From positions 77,749,571 through 77,813,570 of the forward strand of contig NC_057718.1 in NCBI RefSeq assembly GCF_004010195.1: a DNA stretch of 64,000 bases, in the 5' to 3' direction. The notes under the pieces are model-generated. The model did not search any database and had not been told where the DNA came from. It worked only from the letters and a program-made list of their open reading frames with translations. The position numbers were made by a program, and so were the translations under genes. The stretch is from Chiloscyllium plagiosum (taxonomy: Eukaryota). Below, piece after piece: positions 23,613 through 38,145 of the stretch; position 1 is the first letter of the stretch, and the number at the start of each line of letters is the position of its first letter.

Positions 23613-26600
23613 AGGATCTCTTCTGCTCTTGTTGATGCTGCTTGTGTTCGGTGGTTGCCTAAAACTATCCATTTCCATAATGACCTTTAGGGAAAAAAAA
23701 ATCAAAGGCCTATTCTAACTCCAGACACATAGCAATGAAGTTGACTCTTAACAGCCCTAGGAAGTATTTAGCTCAAGGCTAATTAAGGATAAGCAACAAA
23801 AGGCCAGGCCAGCAATATCTATATTCCATTAAAAAATAAAGTACGACAAATACACTCCATTGTGTAATCAAACATTTCCTATTTCGCTTTCCTGGTTTTT
23901 ATTACTTTAGATAGTTTAGTTTTCCCTTTACCTAGATTGTCAAAAGCACTACTTTTTCATCTTTCCTCCCTTTGGTTGGTTTCAAATTGTTTTTTATAAT
24001 TACTTTTTCGTTGTGACCACCCTATTTGTCTTTTTCATCGTGAACTGGTTTAAATTGAACCCATCCCATGGTTCCTTTCTGTCCCAGTATTCGTGCCAAT
24101 AACCCATGAAATGAAACTCCTCTTTAACAGATCATTCCTTCAGTCATGAGTTCAACTCTCTCTATTCCAGTTCTCTCTATACCGATTTGAATAAGACTTA
24201 GGTAATAAAGATTAGAATCTTTAAATTGTTGAGATTCATTGAGATTCAAGTTCCTTCTCTGACCACGTTAACTCCTGATCATCCAACTACCTTTCAACCA
24301 GACTTGATTACCTCCCACCACAAGGGAGGCCAACCCCAAGCTCTACCTGATGACCTCTACCGAGCCTTCATGTCGAGCCTTTAACTTACCTGCCTACCTG
24401 CTACTCCAACAACCTCTTCTCCCCGATAATGCTATAAAAGAGATATCTGGCTTGTCTTCTGTGCTCTGTGCTCTGTACGATTCTGTGCTCTGCATTTCTG
24501 TAAACTCCAGATTCAAAAATATGTCGAAAATATGGAGCAGTTTTAACATTCAGAAATATATCAATTATAGATATTAACCCAAAATTTGCTGAGTTTGCTG
24601 AAATTAAGTTAAATAAAATTGAATAAAATGAAGCAGAAATCATTTGAAGCCTGGAGATTATCTAATGATTAAAAAGGTCACTGGTTTTAAAGTGTTTCTG
24701 TGTTCTGCTGAAGTAATGTATGTGTTTTGATTGAGTATTAGCATATTCAGCAGCAATGAACTGACATCACAGTAACTCTGGAAAAGCTGAAGTCTTGTTT
24801 AAAACACACAGAATCAGATGTGATAACATGGACTATTTAACAGCTGAATTCATGATAGCGATGGAATTGTGATGTGTAAATATAGGTTGGCGAGATGACA
24901 TAAAGCATAAGCAAACAAAGCTGAGGTCAAATTTTGTTAAAAGCAAGAGACAAGCCTCTTTCCATGTAGATACAAGCAAGTCTTAATGAATTAATTGATC
25001 AAACCCACGTGAAAAATATGACACACTTGTAATGTTTGCCAGTGGTCAAACTAATCATTTGCTGGAGACTGGATAATGTTAATGTTTGAATACACAGTGT
25101 TTTCGTATGGAAGGAATATTTTAAAAAGCTTACCTCACAACACAATTAGCTAGCTCAGGCAACAGATCAATGGCTGGTCATTGGCATAGAGTGGGCTGCT
25201 CACCTGTTCTGATCACATCTTTGGCAAGTCCACCATAAAAGGGCTCACTTGTGACTTTGCTTTAATAAAGAACACTGGGTATATTCCATTGTTAGAACTC
25301 TCTTGGGTTATTGTTATCCAGAATGAATCCGAAGGAACAGGGAGGTTAAATAAAAGCCTTCAGCGTGGGGTGGAAAGCTGAAGCTGATTACTACGTTGTG
25401 GAAAATTCAGGCTGTTAATAATTGTGTTGTTTGACAAAATATCCAGATGTCAAATCTGGTCAATGTACAGCAGAAGATGCAAAGTGAAAACTGACATGGC
25501 TTTAAGTAAAGCTCACAATCTTCATCAACGAGCTGCTGTACCAGCCAAAAGAATGTCATGCTGCTTCTTTAATGAGCATGAGAAACCAAAATAATTACTC
25601 CTCAAAGTCTTAATCATCCTCATAGCAAATGGCCTTAATGCATGTTTGAACCTGTTTAGAAAGAAGGCATATTGCACTAAAAGCAGAACAGACTTAATTT
25701 TGGCCACCCCAGAGATACTTCAGCATTGAATATACCCGGGGAGAGTCATCCTCCAAAGGCTTGGATACCCCAAAACTGCAGCACAATTAAAACAGCTTGA
25801 GAGGAAGTCAATCACCAAGGAACATGTTTAAATGGAGACTAATGGCAACTTTTAAAGTATCCAATCATATCAGAGGCTGATGCTCATGGCAATAACAACT
25901 AAACATATATTATGTTTATTAAAGTTCAAATCCCAGGATGTATCTTAGTAAATTAATTTTAATTAGATCCAAGTAATCATAAGAACAACAAGCATCATGC
26001 CCACCTATGTTGGGCATTTTACAGATGTTTAGAATGCCTGGGTTGTAATTCATCAAAATAAACACAATGTCAGCACTACACAGGGACCTGAATAATCTGG
26101 ACAGCCTGGATGAAGGATGGCAAGGGCACAGAGGGGCAACTATCTGCAAAACAAAGAGGTCAACTGTAATCTAGAATAGGTTTTGCTCGGGTGAGGATGG
26201 GTGAAACGTGGACCTGCTGGTTTCTGTTCGGAGTCCACATTTGCCTTAACTCCTGTGAACTCTATTAAATACCAGCAGTTACCGTTCTTTTCAGAACAAG
26301 CAAGAAGATGGCATGGGGTGGATGCCAGTAGGGAAAGGCTGTGTTGTCACTGAGAAGCTGGCGAAGGCAAGGCTGTGAGTTTGATTGCAAGGCTCAGAGA
26401 GGCATTTCTGATCCTCCTGGCTGAACAGAGAAAAGTTTTGCATGTATGTTGTGCTTCCTATCCTATGTGAAGATCAGATTCAGCCCAACTGAAAAACAGT
26501 CCCTTGGAGTGTGGATCCTTGCTCTCATAAATTTACTAGGTCCTGACCTTGTTTAGGCCTGCATGATAAATTCTGAAATCCAGCAAGGGTCAAGTTCTGA

Positions 26601-26989
26601 GCAGGTAACATAAGCATTTTTAGCTTCCCATCTGCCCATTTCTCACCAGTTGGTGGAACTAAGACTGATACAAAAGTCGTTTCAAGTGGAATAAGCTAAT
26701 AAAAATATTGTGCTTTCTATGCAAGGAAATAACTGTTTCCACACAATTTATGATAAAATTTCACAGTTTTGGCATTTTACTATGTTCTCAGATAAAGAAA
26801 CTTAATTTCTTCTGAACTAAATGTTTCATATCAAGAACTATTGTTCCATGCACTGTTTTGGCTTGGTCTTTGCTTCAGGATTGATGACCTAATCTGTGGA
26901 GAAAGGAAACAATGTTTAAGATTGTGGCTGGGAACACACAGTCTTCTAGGACCACCGTGCAAGGACTAGTCACAGCCTGGAGGAAGACT

Positions 26990-27155
26990 GAAAATATTGA
27001 CATTTAAAAGGCATCTGGATGGGTACATGAATAGGAAGGGTTTAAAGGCATGTGGGTTAAATACTGACAAATAGGACTAGACCAGTTTAGGTCAGCTTAG
27101 ATGAGTTGGACTGAAGAGTCTGTTTCCGTACTGTATGACTCTGTGACTCTATGTC
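26990..27155 (+). mobile_element. CR1 3' tail
   Basis: FKRHLDGYMNRKG and terminal (atgactct)n repeats. Confidence 0.75.
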
Positions 27156-27287
27156 TACTTCTTGGACAGGTCTCTTGTTTTGTTTTGTGATTGTAAAGCA
27201 TAAGGAAGATATACACTATTGGCTGGAGTTGTCCTTTCAATGCCCTTACCCAATACATGAACTTGGGAATGTGCCAAGACCTGATGT

Positions 27288-27759
27288 GGAAGAGCCGCTG
27301 TTGGACTGGAGTGGGCAAAGTTAAAAACCACACAACGCCATGTTATAGTCCAACAGATTTATTTGGAATTACAGCTTTTGGAGCGCTGCTCCTTTGTCAA
27401 GTAGCTAGTGGGGCAGGATCATAGGACACAGAATTTATAGTAAAAGATCAAAGTGTCATGCAACTGATGCGATGTATTGAACAAACACAGACTGATACAA
27501 GTCTTTAATCACTTAGAATGGGTTGCAAGTTTCAATTCATAAATATGTAAATCTCAGAACTTCTCTCAAGTCAAATTCCTGAGATAACTTAAGGTTTTAT
27601 AAAAATGGTGACATTTCAGCTCAGACAATGCATTAAAGGTGTAAGGTTAGAGTTTGTCTATATTCCAAGCTTGAGTGCATGAAGGAGCAGCGCTCCAAAA
27701 GCTTGTGTTTTCAAATAAACCTGTTGGACTATAACCTGGCATTGTGTGATTTTTAACTT
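27288..27759. mobile_element. Fold-back PLE terminal-repeat element (family B)
   Basis: Inverted ends aagttaaaaaccacac / gtgtgatttttaactt; TSD-like agacctga(t/a)gt at 27277-27287 and 27760-27770. Confidence 0.85.
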
Positions 27760-27869
27760 AGACCTGAAGTTACAGCTAATAATCTTGGCCACTGTAGCAC
27801 CTAAAATAAACAAAGTGAATTGAATTCAAGGCATCGCATTATACTAACAAAAGGGGTATAGTTAATTGC

Positions 27870-30300
27870 AGGTCTTGTTTCATTTGAACATGGACTGCTT
27901 CAGTATCTGAGGAATTCTCAACATTGTACAATCATCAGACACTATCCCCACTTCTGATCTTATGATGGAGGGAAGGTCACTGATAAAGCAACTGAAGGTG
28001 GTGGAGAAACCCTGAGAAACTCCTGAAGAAATGTCCTGGAGCTGAGATGATAACCTCCAACAATCACAACCATCTTCCTGTGACTCCTACCAGTGGAGGG
28101 TTTGCTCCCGATTCCCATTGACTCTTTCCTTAGGCTCCTTGATGTCACACGCACTCTTGAGGTTTTCATGGCCTGTCACTCTCACCTCACTGTTGGAATT
28201 CAGCTCTTTTGTCTATGTTTGAACCATGGCTGTAATGAGCCCAGGAGCTGGGTGGCCCTGTCAAACCAAAATTGGGCATCGCTAAGGTGGTGCTGCTTGT
28301 TAGCACTGTTACTGACAGGAGTTATCAAAAGTGCTCCATCACTTTACTGTTGGTCAAGGGCAAACTGATGGGATGTTAATTGGCCAGGTTGAGTTGCTTT
28401 TTATGTACAGGTCATACCTGGGCAATGCAGGGTAGATGCCAGTGTTGGAGCTGTGCTAGAATGGCTTGGCTTGGAAAGTGCCATGTTTTTACCACGAGTC
28501 TTCACTACTTTTGCTGGATTGTTGCCAGGATGCATAGGCTTTGCAGTATTCAGCATCTCATCCAACCATTTTGTGATATAGCTTGGAATGAATCGAATTG
28601 GCTGAGGTGGATCATTCACTTGGCACTTCTGACTGAAGATCATTATGAATGCTTCATCCTTACCTTTGCACTAATGTGCTGGGTTCTTCCATCATTGAGG
28701 ATGGGGGTATTTGTGGACCATCCTCCTCTAGTGAGTTGCTTAATTGTCCAGCACTATGCATGACTGGATGTGGCAGGACTTCAGAGCTTAAATCTGATCC
28801 AAAGGTTGTGGGATCATTTAGCTCTGTTGATCAGTCGCTGCTTATGCTGTTTGGCTTACAAGTAGTGCTGTTTGGTTGCTTCACCAGGTTGACACCTCAC
28901 TTTCAGGTATTCCTGCTACGGTTCCTGGTATGCTCTTGTGGCCAGACGAGTAGCTCCAAATGATGGATTTATGAAAAATGGATAATAAAGAGGCATGCTG
29001 GGAAATTGGCATAAGCTTTGACCAAAAGTGGCTGTGCTCAAAGACTCTGGAATAAATATGCTGCAGAACCCAGACAGGCTGCAGCTTCAGACAAGATTAG
29101 AGTGATTCTGGAAAAGTACAGCAGGTCAGGCAGCAGAAAAATCGACATTTCAGTCAGGAACCCATGCAACTGACCCTGCAGCTGCAGACAATACAATATA
29201 CACCTGAATTGGAATTGAATAGAATCGATCTGAACATCATCCCCAGGACAATCGAAAATATTGAGTTGCTTACCAGACACAGGGGCACCTCACCACCCTT
29301 ATTTGGAAGGGCTACCTGACTTATGTGCACCTAATGCCTCCAGGAATGGATGCTCAAGGACTACCATCGACATTTCAATGCCTGGTTGAATCCGATCGAT
29401 CAGGATGATCAAGCCCTGACCGATCTATTGGTGGGGGCATTAAAGACCCTCCCAAAAGGGCTCGAAGACTTCTAAGTATAAGAATCACTGCAACACAACC
29501 CTTAGCTGCAATAACTCGAGCCCAACCACCAAGAAGTTAAGACATCTCTGGGACCACTGGGTGAAGACCAGGCGTTCATCGCCATGTGGATCAAGGCCAA
29601 GAGCTAGTGTGGTGGCATAGGGTCATTCCAGAGTTAAGTTAAAGCACAACCTATTTGATTAGATTTATAATGTAAATTGTTAGTTTGTAGAATATTTTAT
29701 TATTATTATATTATTTGTGTTAAATAAATAAATATTATCGCTTATGATTATTAAGAGTCAGCTCGCAGTTTTTCCTAGATGTAGGAGTTAAACAGGAGGA
29801 AAGTGAGGAATGCAGAGAGTGTGGTGCTGGAAAAGCACAGCAGGTCAGGCAGCATCTGAGGAGCTGGAGAATCAACATTTCAGGCAAAAGCCCTCCACCA
29901 GGAATGAGAACGTCAAATCTCCAATTCAGGTGTATATTGTATTATTTGCAGCTGCTGGGTCAGTTGCATGGGTTTCTGCCCGAAATGTTGAGTTTCCTGC
30001 TCCTCGGATGCTGCCTGACCTGCTGGGCTTTTCTAGCACCACACCCTTGACATAAGAATTAAACACACTGTGTGGCAGGTGCAACACCCTCCTGCACTCT
30101 CTGTTGAACCAAGGTTGATCCCCTGGTTTGATGGTCATGGTTGAGTGGGGGATTTGCCAGGCCATGAGATTACAGATTATGATGGAGTACAATTCTGCTG
30201 CTATTGATGGCCCATAGCACCTCATGGATGCCCAGTCTTGAGTTGCTAGATTTGTTTGATGTCTGTCCCATTTAGCACAGTGATAGTGCCACACAATCTA
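27870..30300 (-). mobile_element. CR1-group LINE fragment split by a solo LTR
   Basis: Homologous to 4700-6270; resumes at 30087 with IKPGDQPWFNRECRR. Confidence 0.8.
28937..30086 (+). mobile_element. Solo LTR with nested PLE mini-elements
   Basis: TGTGGC...GCAACA termini, 4-bp TSD ctct/ccct, AATAAA at about 29723; family A pieces at about 29095-29165 and 29796-30048. Confidence 0.7.
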
Positions 30301-31029
30301 ATGGAGGGTATTCTCAATGAGAAGGACTCCCTCCTGATGGTATACCACTGTGCCAGAAACTCTGCTAAGTCTGTCCTGCTGGTGGGACAGTACATATGCA
30401 GAGATGGTGATGTTGATAGATGAGTCTGGGACATTTTGTTCCATGTGAGACTCCAAGAGATTACTTATGTCCCAAATAACCATAATGCACACAATGTAGC
30501 CAGCTGCAGCTGCTAAAGCCTGGGTTTCAATGTGGTCAGTTGCTATTTAAGGGTATGCCAGGATAGAGAAAATAAGTGACCCCTAGATGTCAAGAAGGAC
30601 TAGACAGGTAGTGCAAGTGTTTCATGAATACATCACACCGTCCAAACAGTATTCAGCTCAGAATCCTGGGTTTTGTTGGGGGACCGTAGCCAGAGCCAGA
30701 CCTGTGGCGTCAAGACTGGCTCAGCTATGTGGAAAAGCACAAGGAAGATTGGGAAAGTGATAGGGATGGGGGATGCAACATTTGTTACTTTATTCCAGTT
30801 GAAATGAGTTTCAGTATCAGCCCATGGTTCCACCAACTGGTGAAAACAGGCAAGCTAAAAATGATTAAGTTACTTACCTGCTCAGAACTCAATCCCTTGC
30901 TCCAATTAACATGTGGGTGACTGCAGGCCTAAAACAGACCGGGACTTAATAAATTTACGTGAACAGAGATCTACTGTACAAGTACAGCTTTCCATTTGAT
31001 AGGGAACAGGAAGGCATTTCTGTGTCCAC

Positions 31030-31680
31030 AGACTAGAATCTTGGATTGTATTTTGCATCCCTGTTGCTAGGGTGAAAGATATCACAGAATGGCTGCAGAG
31101 CACTCTGAGGTGGGAAGGTGAACAGCCATCAGTCCTGCCTCACACCAACACCATTGGCATAGCTAGAACAAGGGATGGGATCCTGCAGTTCAAGTTTAGG
31201 GAACAAGGAAGGAAACAAGCAAGCAAAACCTCAAAGGTAGTGGTCTTCAGATTATCAGGTGCAAGTGAATATAAATGTCAGAAGGAAAGAGAAGAATACA
31301 TGTCTGGAGGGATGGTGCATGAAGGAGGTTTGTAGATCCTTGGGACATTGAAATGAAGGGGATGAGATCTGTACAGACCAAGTATCTGAATAATGTTGGG
31401 AGCAGTGATGTGCTGTGGTATCAGTGAGGGTTTAAGCTGACTTGGTGGTTCTGGAAACCAGGGAATAATATGAGAGGAGCACAAAAGTGCACAGAGAACT
31501 GGGAGAGCCAGAGAAAACCAGCATAAGAAGTAGTATAGTGTCAGGTGGGGTCAAAATAAAACATCACTTCTGGATAAAGTCACACAGGACTGAGAGAAGG
31601 AAAGAAAGGAGGAGGAATGGCTGTACTGATTAAGGATAACATTATCGTTCAAAAGAGTGAAAACGTCACAGTACGGACAG
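31030..31680 (+). mobile_element. CR1 ORF1 (esterase) fragment
   Basis: PVARVKDITEWLQSTLRWEGEQPSV, homologous to 18400-18600. Confidence 0.7.
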
Positions 31681-32339
31681 TGTGACAAGATGATCAACCC
31701 ACTGAGGGTAGAAAAATTCAACGATTCATTGTCAACTGATTGAAGAAATTTCTACCCATCTAAATCCTAAACCACTTAATTTTTATTTTGAGATTGCATC
31801 GCCAGGTTCTAAACCACCAACCAGGACACACATCCTGTCTGCTTTCAAAAGATAACTGGATCTTTAACTGAAAGTGGAAGAATTTTCAGGACTGCAGGGA
31901 AAAGGCAGGGAAGTGGATCTAGGTGAATTGGTTTTGAAGTGATTCACCATAGACACAATGAGTTGAATGCCTTCCTTCTATGCTGTAACACTTCTTTGGT
32001 TTCAGTCATTTTAGTGTTACATAACAAAAAAGCTACTCTTAAATCAACTGTTTCATTTTATTGCCAGCAAAGTAAATACATTTAATTATTCTATGATTTT
32101 CCATTACAGCTGCATTGAATAATTTTCCCTGAATGCAAGTAATCTTTTAGCATTTTCATGTTTCAAACAGGAAAATATCTTCAGCTTGTAAATGGCCTTT
32201 TGCCCAGCAATTTCCCTTTCTGTTCTGGCATACGTGATAGACTTTTATCTTCAGAGTCCTGGTTTCCTTTTTTTGGTTAAGCTATTTACCTTCCATTTAT
32301 TGCACACAGCCACCCATTTTCTCTAATTTCTCCTGTTGC

Positions 32340-33850
32340 CATTTACTTTATTTGTTTATATGATGTGGGCATTGTTGGCTAGGCCAGCTTTTCCCATCTC
32401 TAATTGGCCTGGAGAACCTGGTAGTAAGCTGCCTTCTTGAACCACTACAGTCTTTAGAGTGTAGAAACACCCAAAGTGCTGTTAGGAAGGGAGTTCCAGG
32501 ATTTGTCCCAGTGATAAAGCAGGAATAGCAATATTGTTCTAGTTAAGGATGGTGTGTGACTTGATGGGGAACTTGCAGCTGCTAATATTCCCATGCGTCT
32601 GCAGCCCTTGTCCTTCTAGCTGTTAGTGGTCATGAGTTTGGCTGCTAGAGGAGTCTTGATGAGTTACTGCAGTGCATCTAGAATTACAGTTTATCAACGA
32701 TGAAGAGAGTGAATATTGAAAGTGGTAAATCGGGTGCCAATTAATAAGCTGATTTGTTTTGGATGGTGTTGAACTTCTGAAATGCTTTTGTTACCCATCC
32801 AAGAAAGCGGAGAGTATTCCATCATACTTCTGACTTGTGGCTCGCAGATTTCAGACAGGCTTTGGGGAGTGAGAAGGTGAGTTATTCGCTGCAGAGTATC
32901 TCACCTCTGCCCTTCTCATGTTGCCATGACATTTATATGGCTAATTCAATTCAGTTTCTGGTCAATAACAAACCCCAGGATTTTGATACTGGGGGAATTC
33001 AATTATAATAATGTTATTAAATTATCAAGTGGTAATGGTTAGGTTCTTTCTTGTTGAGGATAGACATTGTCTGTCAGTTGTGTGGCACAAATATTACCCA
33101 GCACTTCTCAATCCAAGCCTGGATATTGTCCAAGTCTTGCTGCATTTTGAGCCTGGAATGTTTCAATGTCTGAGGAGTAATGAATACGGCTGAACATTGT
33201 GCAGTCATCGATGAACATCCCCACTTCTGACCTTACGATGAGAGGAAGGCCGTTGATGAAGCAGCTTCATGAAGATGGTTGGGCCGAGGACAATATCCTG
33301 AGGGACTCCTGCAGAGTTGATTTGGAACTGAAATTACTAACCTCCAACACCCATAACCATCTTCTTTCATTCTAGGTATGACTACAAACAAATCAGAAAT
33401 TTCTTCCTGATTCCCATTGATTCCAGTTCCACTTGGGCTTCTTGAAGTCATACTCAGTCAAATGCTGCTTTGAAGTCAAGTGCAGTTACTCTCACATCAC
33501 CTGTCCTGAAGCTGGGATTATTTACCTAAAGCACAACCACCTTCCTTGAACTAAGTATGACGCCAGCCAGTGGACAATTGATTCATTTTGCTAGGGCTTT
33601 GATATCAAGGGCAGTCACTCACCTTACCTGCCATGTTTGGACAAAGGCTGTAGTGAAGTCAGGAATGGTGTGGCTCTGGTAGAAACCAGAGAATTCCCTT
33701 GAAAGCAGTGTCAATGATCTCTTCCATCACTTTGCTGATGACGGAGAGTGGACTGATGGGGCAATCACTAGCCAGGTTGAAATTATCCTGCATACCCGGA
33801 CAACTTTCCACTTTGTTGTGTAAATGCCACTGTTGTAGCTGTACTAGAAC
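32340..33850 (-). mobile_element. CR1-group LINE 3' portion
   Basis: Homologous to 4171-5560. Confidence 0.8.
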
Positions 33851-35499
33851 TTCCTCAGTGACTGTGTTTCCTCTACTTTAGGTGAAAAATATTAACAAAA
33901 ACTTCCCTCCCACCACAAGGGGAATGAAGTCCCTCATGTCTCAGAAATGCATTGCCTTTCTTGTATTCTGCGAATGTTTTGCACTGTTATGGTGGCCTAA
34001 GGCAGGGGAAAGATCTTTCCTTTCTGCACCATGTAGTGTACAGCAACATTTCTACATTACTTACATGGATTGCTGATACCACAGAGGTAGAGACAATGTT
34101 GTGATTGCAATCCTAATGTCCCTGAACAATGATGTTAGGAACATTGACAATTTGTGAGCCTTGACTAAACTCTTCAAATTCTAACTTTATACTTCACTGG
34201 CCATGATAATAATTTTAGGCTGACACAATGATGTTGTGAGACAAATAAAGGTGTCCCACTGGGACTGCAGCATCTCCTTGCAACAGGGTAAGAGGTTCTA
34301 CTTTTCTCACCTCAGTCAACCATGTCAGCATCTACTGGAGATTGGAAACTGCAGAAAATGTTACAACAGTGCAAGTGATTACATATTTACAGAATTGCAG
34401 ACTAGATATATGTAATGAATACCCAATGTGCTCTCAAAACATCTATGTTATTTGCCAACCACGGTACAAATGCTGCCCCAACATCCACAGTTAAGGTGGA
34501 TACAACCTACTGTCTGCTATACCCTAGTGACTATAATGACTTTGGTAGGTGTCCCCTGAGGGATCAGTGCCTAGAAGGTCCCAGGCTGCTGACAGTCTCC
34601 AGCACACGATCAGCTACACGGTCCTCATTTTGATCTGTTGCAGGTAATGGGGTCACTAGCAGAGTGTAAATGAAGACGCCCTCTGGAGTGCCCTGTAAAT
34701 CACAGGGAGGAGGTTGCCATACCTCCTCCCTGTGATTTACTTTTAGCACCTCCTTGTCATCTTAAGGCATCTGAAGGTTGGTGTGCTTTGTGCCTCCCTC
34801 AACCTGCCATTGATTCGGTGTACCTATAGCTAAAATGATGGATTTCTCTATCTGGTATCCACTGTGTTCTGTTGGATCTGGACCACAAAGACTGCCTACA
34901 CCTTATTTTTATGGAGGCAGCCAAGTGTTCACATGCTGGAGCCGTAACACTAGATAGAGCTTGTACAGCTTTCATCTTTCACTCCAGTCCAATGTGAGTC
35001 TCGATATCACCAGCTGCTATCTGTCCTTCTGTCTCTGCATGTTCAACTTGTCATTTATGTAGAAAGCCTTGTCACCTGTATAGGGCTCGGCATATACCTA
35101 GTGTCCAGTAGCCTTCGCTGTCTGAGACCTCAGGCAATGCTTCCTCCACTGGCTGTAGACACATGTAGACACATGTCAGTGATATGCCCACCAGACTGTG
35201 ACACAAAATCTACCAAACCCATAGGACCATGTGGTGATGGAGGTTGCAGGTGAACAACAGTGCTTTTTCTGTGATTTCAGAGACAACACCCCCAGAGGTG
35301 ATGGTGGTTGTCATAGTGATGCTAATGCAAAGTTTTTTTTGGTCCTTCTTCTTCGGGTGGATGCTAAGAGTAGTAGAGAAAATAAATAATTATTTGGTGA
35401 AGGTACACTCTCCTTTACTTAAATTGCCTGCACATCCAACAACAGTTCCTTCAATGCCTTCTTGTGACATCCCTGTCTACTCATGAGTGCTGGAGCAGC

Positions 35500-36090
35500 C
35501 GTCGCCCCCCCCTATGGTGTGGTCCTCAAAAGGGATGACAATTTGAATATCTGGCTGCTCTAAACTTGTTCCCTTCTGTTATGTCTGACCTTGTCCTGCA
35601 AGTAGAGCAAGAAAAAGATGGAATGTGATCACAACTGGTACATGAGTAGTTAATGAACATTCATTGCCATACCAGGATCTGAACCCCTCTCAGTAAGTGA
35701 GCAGGAAGCAGAGTGCCCAGGAACTGGTACAGCATTGATATCGTGAGGTAGCAATCAGCCTTTTACTGTGTTTCATGCACGTTATGTTGAGGTTAGCAGG
35801 AGATCACCCTATGCAATATACCTGTGCAGTGACAGAGCCATACCGAATGATGCCCCATTGAGTATAAGTTTGTAGTGCCTTTTACCCTTGCAGAGAGCAG
35901 GTGATCATCCATCCTCTTCCTGCACTGGTTCCAGGTTCTTGTATTTGGGACACTAATGCTGACCTATGCTCCAGGTTGCCCTGATCTAATGGGAAGGCTT
36001 CCTGCTGCTATCCATGGGGAGCAGGACTTCCCTCCTTTAATGGATGGCCTGGATCTGAAACTCCAGTGAGACACTGCGGAACCACATGGT
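35500..36090 (-). pseudogene. Myb/SANT-like DNA-binding protein gene of a Harbinger transposon (decayed, intron retained)
   Basis: RREVLLPMDSSRKPS...RTWNQCRKRMDDHLLSAR, then GT intron 35885-35596 AG, then DKVRHNRREQ..PDIQIVIPFE. Confidence 0.7.
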
Positions 36091-36134
36091 CAGCTTCTGT
36101 TTGTATGGAGATATCTCCAGGCATGAGTGGGGAG

Positions 36135-36465
36135 GGGGCTCAGTGGTTAGCACTGCTGCTTCACAGTGTAAGGGCCCTGGGTTAGATTCCAGCCCCAGCT
36201 GACTGTCTGTGTGGAGTTGCACATTCTCCCCGTGTCTGCATGGGTTTTCTTCGGGTGCTCTGGTTTCCTCCCACAATCTAAAGATGCGCAGATTAGGTGA
36301 ATTGGCTTTGCTAAATTGTCCATAGTATTCAGGAATGTGTAGGTTAGGTGCATTAGTCAGAGTTCAATATAGGATGAAAGGGAAATAGGTCTGGGTTGGT
36401 TGCTCTTCGGAGGATTGGTGTGGCTTGAAGAGCCTGTTTCTACACTTTAGGGATTCTATGATTCT
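36135..36465 (+). mobile_element. HE1-like V-SINE
   Basis: ggctcagtggttagcactgctgcttcacag..., core gtgtggagttgcacattctcccc, tail (attctatg). Confidence 0.85.
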
Positions 36466-37554
36466 CTGATTAGCTCAGGCTCCAGCAATGCTGCAGGTTT
36501 GCAATGACTGAAAGCTGTCTGATAGCCTTTAAATATGTTGCTTGGACATTCAATACCTGGTGGAAATGAAAGCTTCCTGCCTGCTCAACTCAAAAGATCC
36601 ACCATTCAACTTACAGAACAACACTGATGCATAAGCAATGAACTGAATTCTGCAGGATTGTGTGAGAAAAGCCTGAGCCGAGGTGATGACCATTATTATG
36701 CCATATTACATTCCATTACGAACTCTATGTAACTCTATAAAATGCATAATCAGATGCAGGTATCAGCTCTCTCTTCTATACGTGGTTTTTATTGTTGCTA
36801 TCTGCTTACTGTTGTCTGGATATTCCTCACCTCCGAGCGACAGGACCCTTTGCTTCATTATTTTCTTTAGTTGTTTGTTTCAGATGTCTTATGCTCCAAC
36901 CACACTCCACTCCTAGTTTTCAGACACGTTGGTGCTTGTCTAGCAATTAAAATTCTATACTTCATCTAATCACTGTCTATCTCAGTGTCCAGAGACTGAT
37001 TTCATTCCATTTATCCCTGACCAGTGCTAAAATTTAATTCACTCTATAATTCCAATATTCCTCTTGGTTTATGAACATTTACTCCAGATTGTCCACTCTG
37101 TGGCCCATAGGCTGAATGTAGCCTATCAATGATTCCTATCCAGCTTGTGACCAGTCTTCCAAATATAAGCAAGTGTATTTGGGGAGAATCTGTGAGGAGA
37201 TGCTCCTCCAATGTTGGCTGCGGATGGACCCACTAATGAGCTGATAAACAGCCAAAGTGGAAGTGGAATAGCCTCTGACTGAAGAACAGTGAACAGCATG
37301 AAGGTACTACCTTTATTCAATCTGAACACTGGGTGTGATGGAGAGACTGCTAATGGGGGAGAAGACTGCAAGGAACATGACAACTGTTGGCCATCTGAGG
37401 GAACGAGACAGAGAGCATGTTGGGAGTCTAGGCTCCAAGTCAGTCAGGAGGTAGATTCGGTTGAAGATGTAACAATGCATTTAACACACAGGCCATACCG
37501 CTGTGGAAGAATACAGTCAAGTGGTGGATCAAGCTGCTCAAGCCCATGCATCGA

Positions 37555-38145
37555 TTGTGTGTGCTTGAGAGAGGGAGCATGTGGGAGTAGGAAGGAAAGG
37601 AGAATGGGTGTGGAAGGCAGGGTCGACTGTGTCTGGGGGAAAGGGTTGAATGTGTGTGAAGGAGGGAAGGAGGACGGGGTTAGAGTGAGGGAGGGAAGGA
37701 GAGTGAGTGTGAGGGAGGGAGAAGTGGGTGAGAGTGAGGGAGGGAAAGGATAAGAGAGCATGAGGGAAGGAGACAAAGGGTAATAGTGTGTGATGAAGGG
37801 TAGGTAAGAGTGTGTGTAGAAGGGAGGAAGTGAAACAATTTGTCTGAGGGAAGACAAGGGGTGAAAATGTTTGTGTGAGAAGGAAGGGGAGTGATAATGT
37901 TTGAAGGATGGAAAGAAGGGAGTTGAGAATGTAAGGGAGGGAGATAGGGGGATAAGAGTGTGCGTGTGGGAGAGAAGGAAGAGTTGAATGTATGTGCCTG
38001 TATGGGAGAGAGGGAGTAGATGAGTGAGTGTGGGAGGGAGGAGGTGAGAAGATGCAAGGCAGAAAAGGAGAAGAGGAGTGAGAATATATGTGGGAGGGGG
38101 TAAATTTGTGAGGGAGAGAGGGGTGAGATGGTGTGTGTGTATAAG
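37555..38145. repeat. GA/GT-rich low-complexity tract
   Basis: Strong purine skew; produces spurious Ser/Leu/His/Pro ORFs. Confidence 0.85.
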
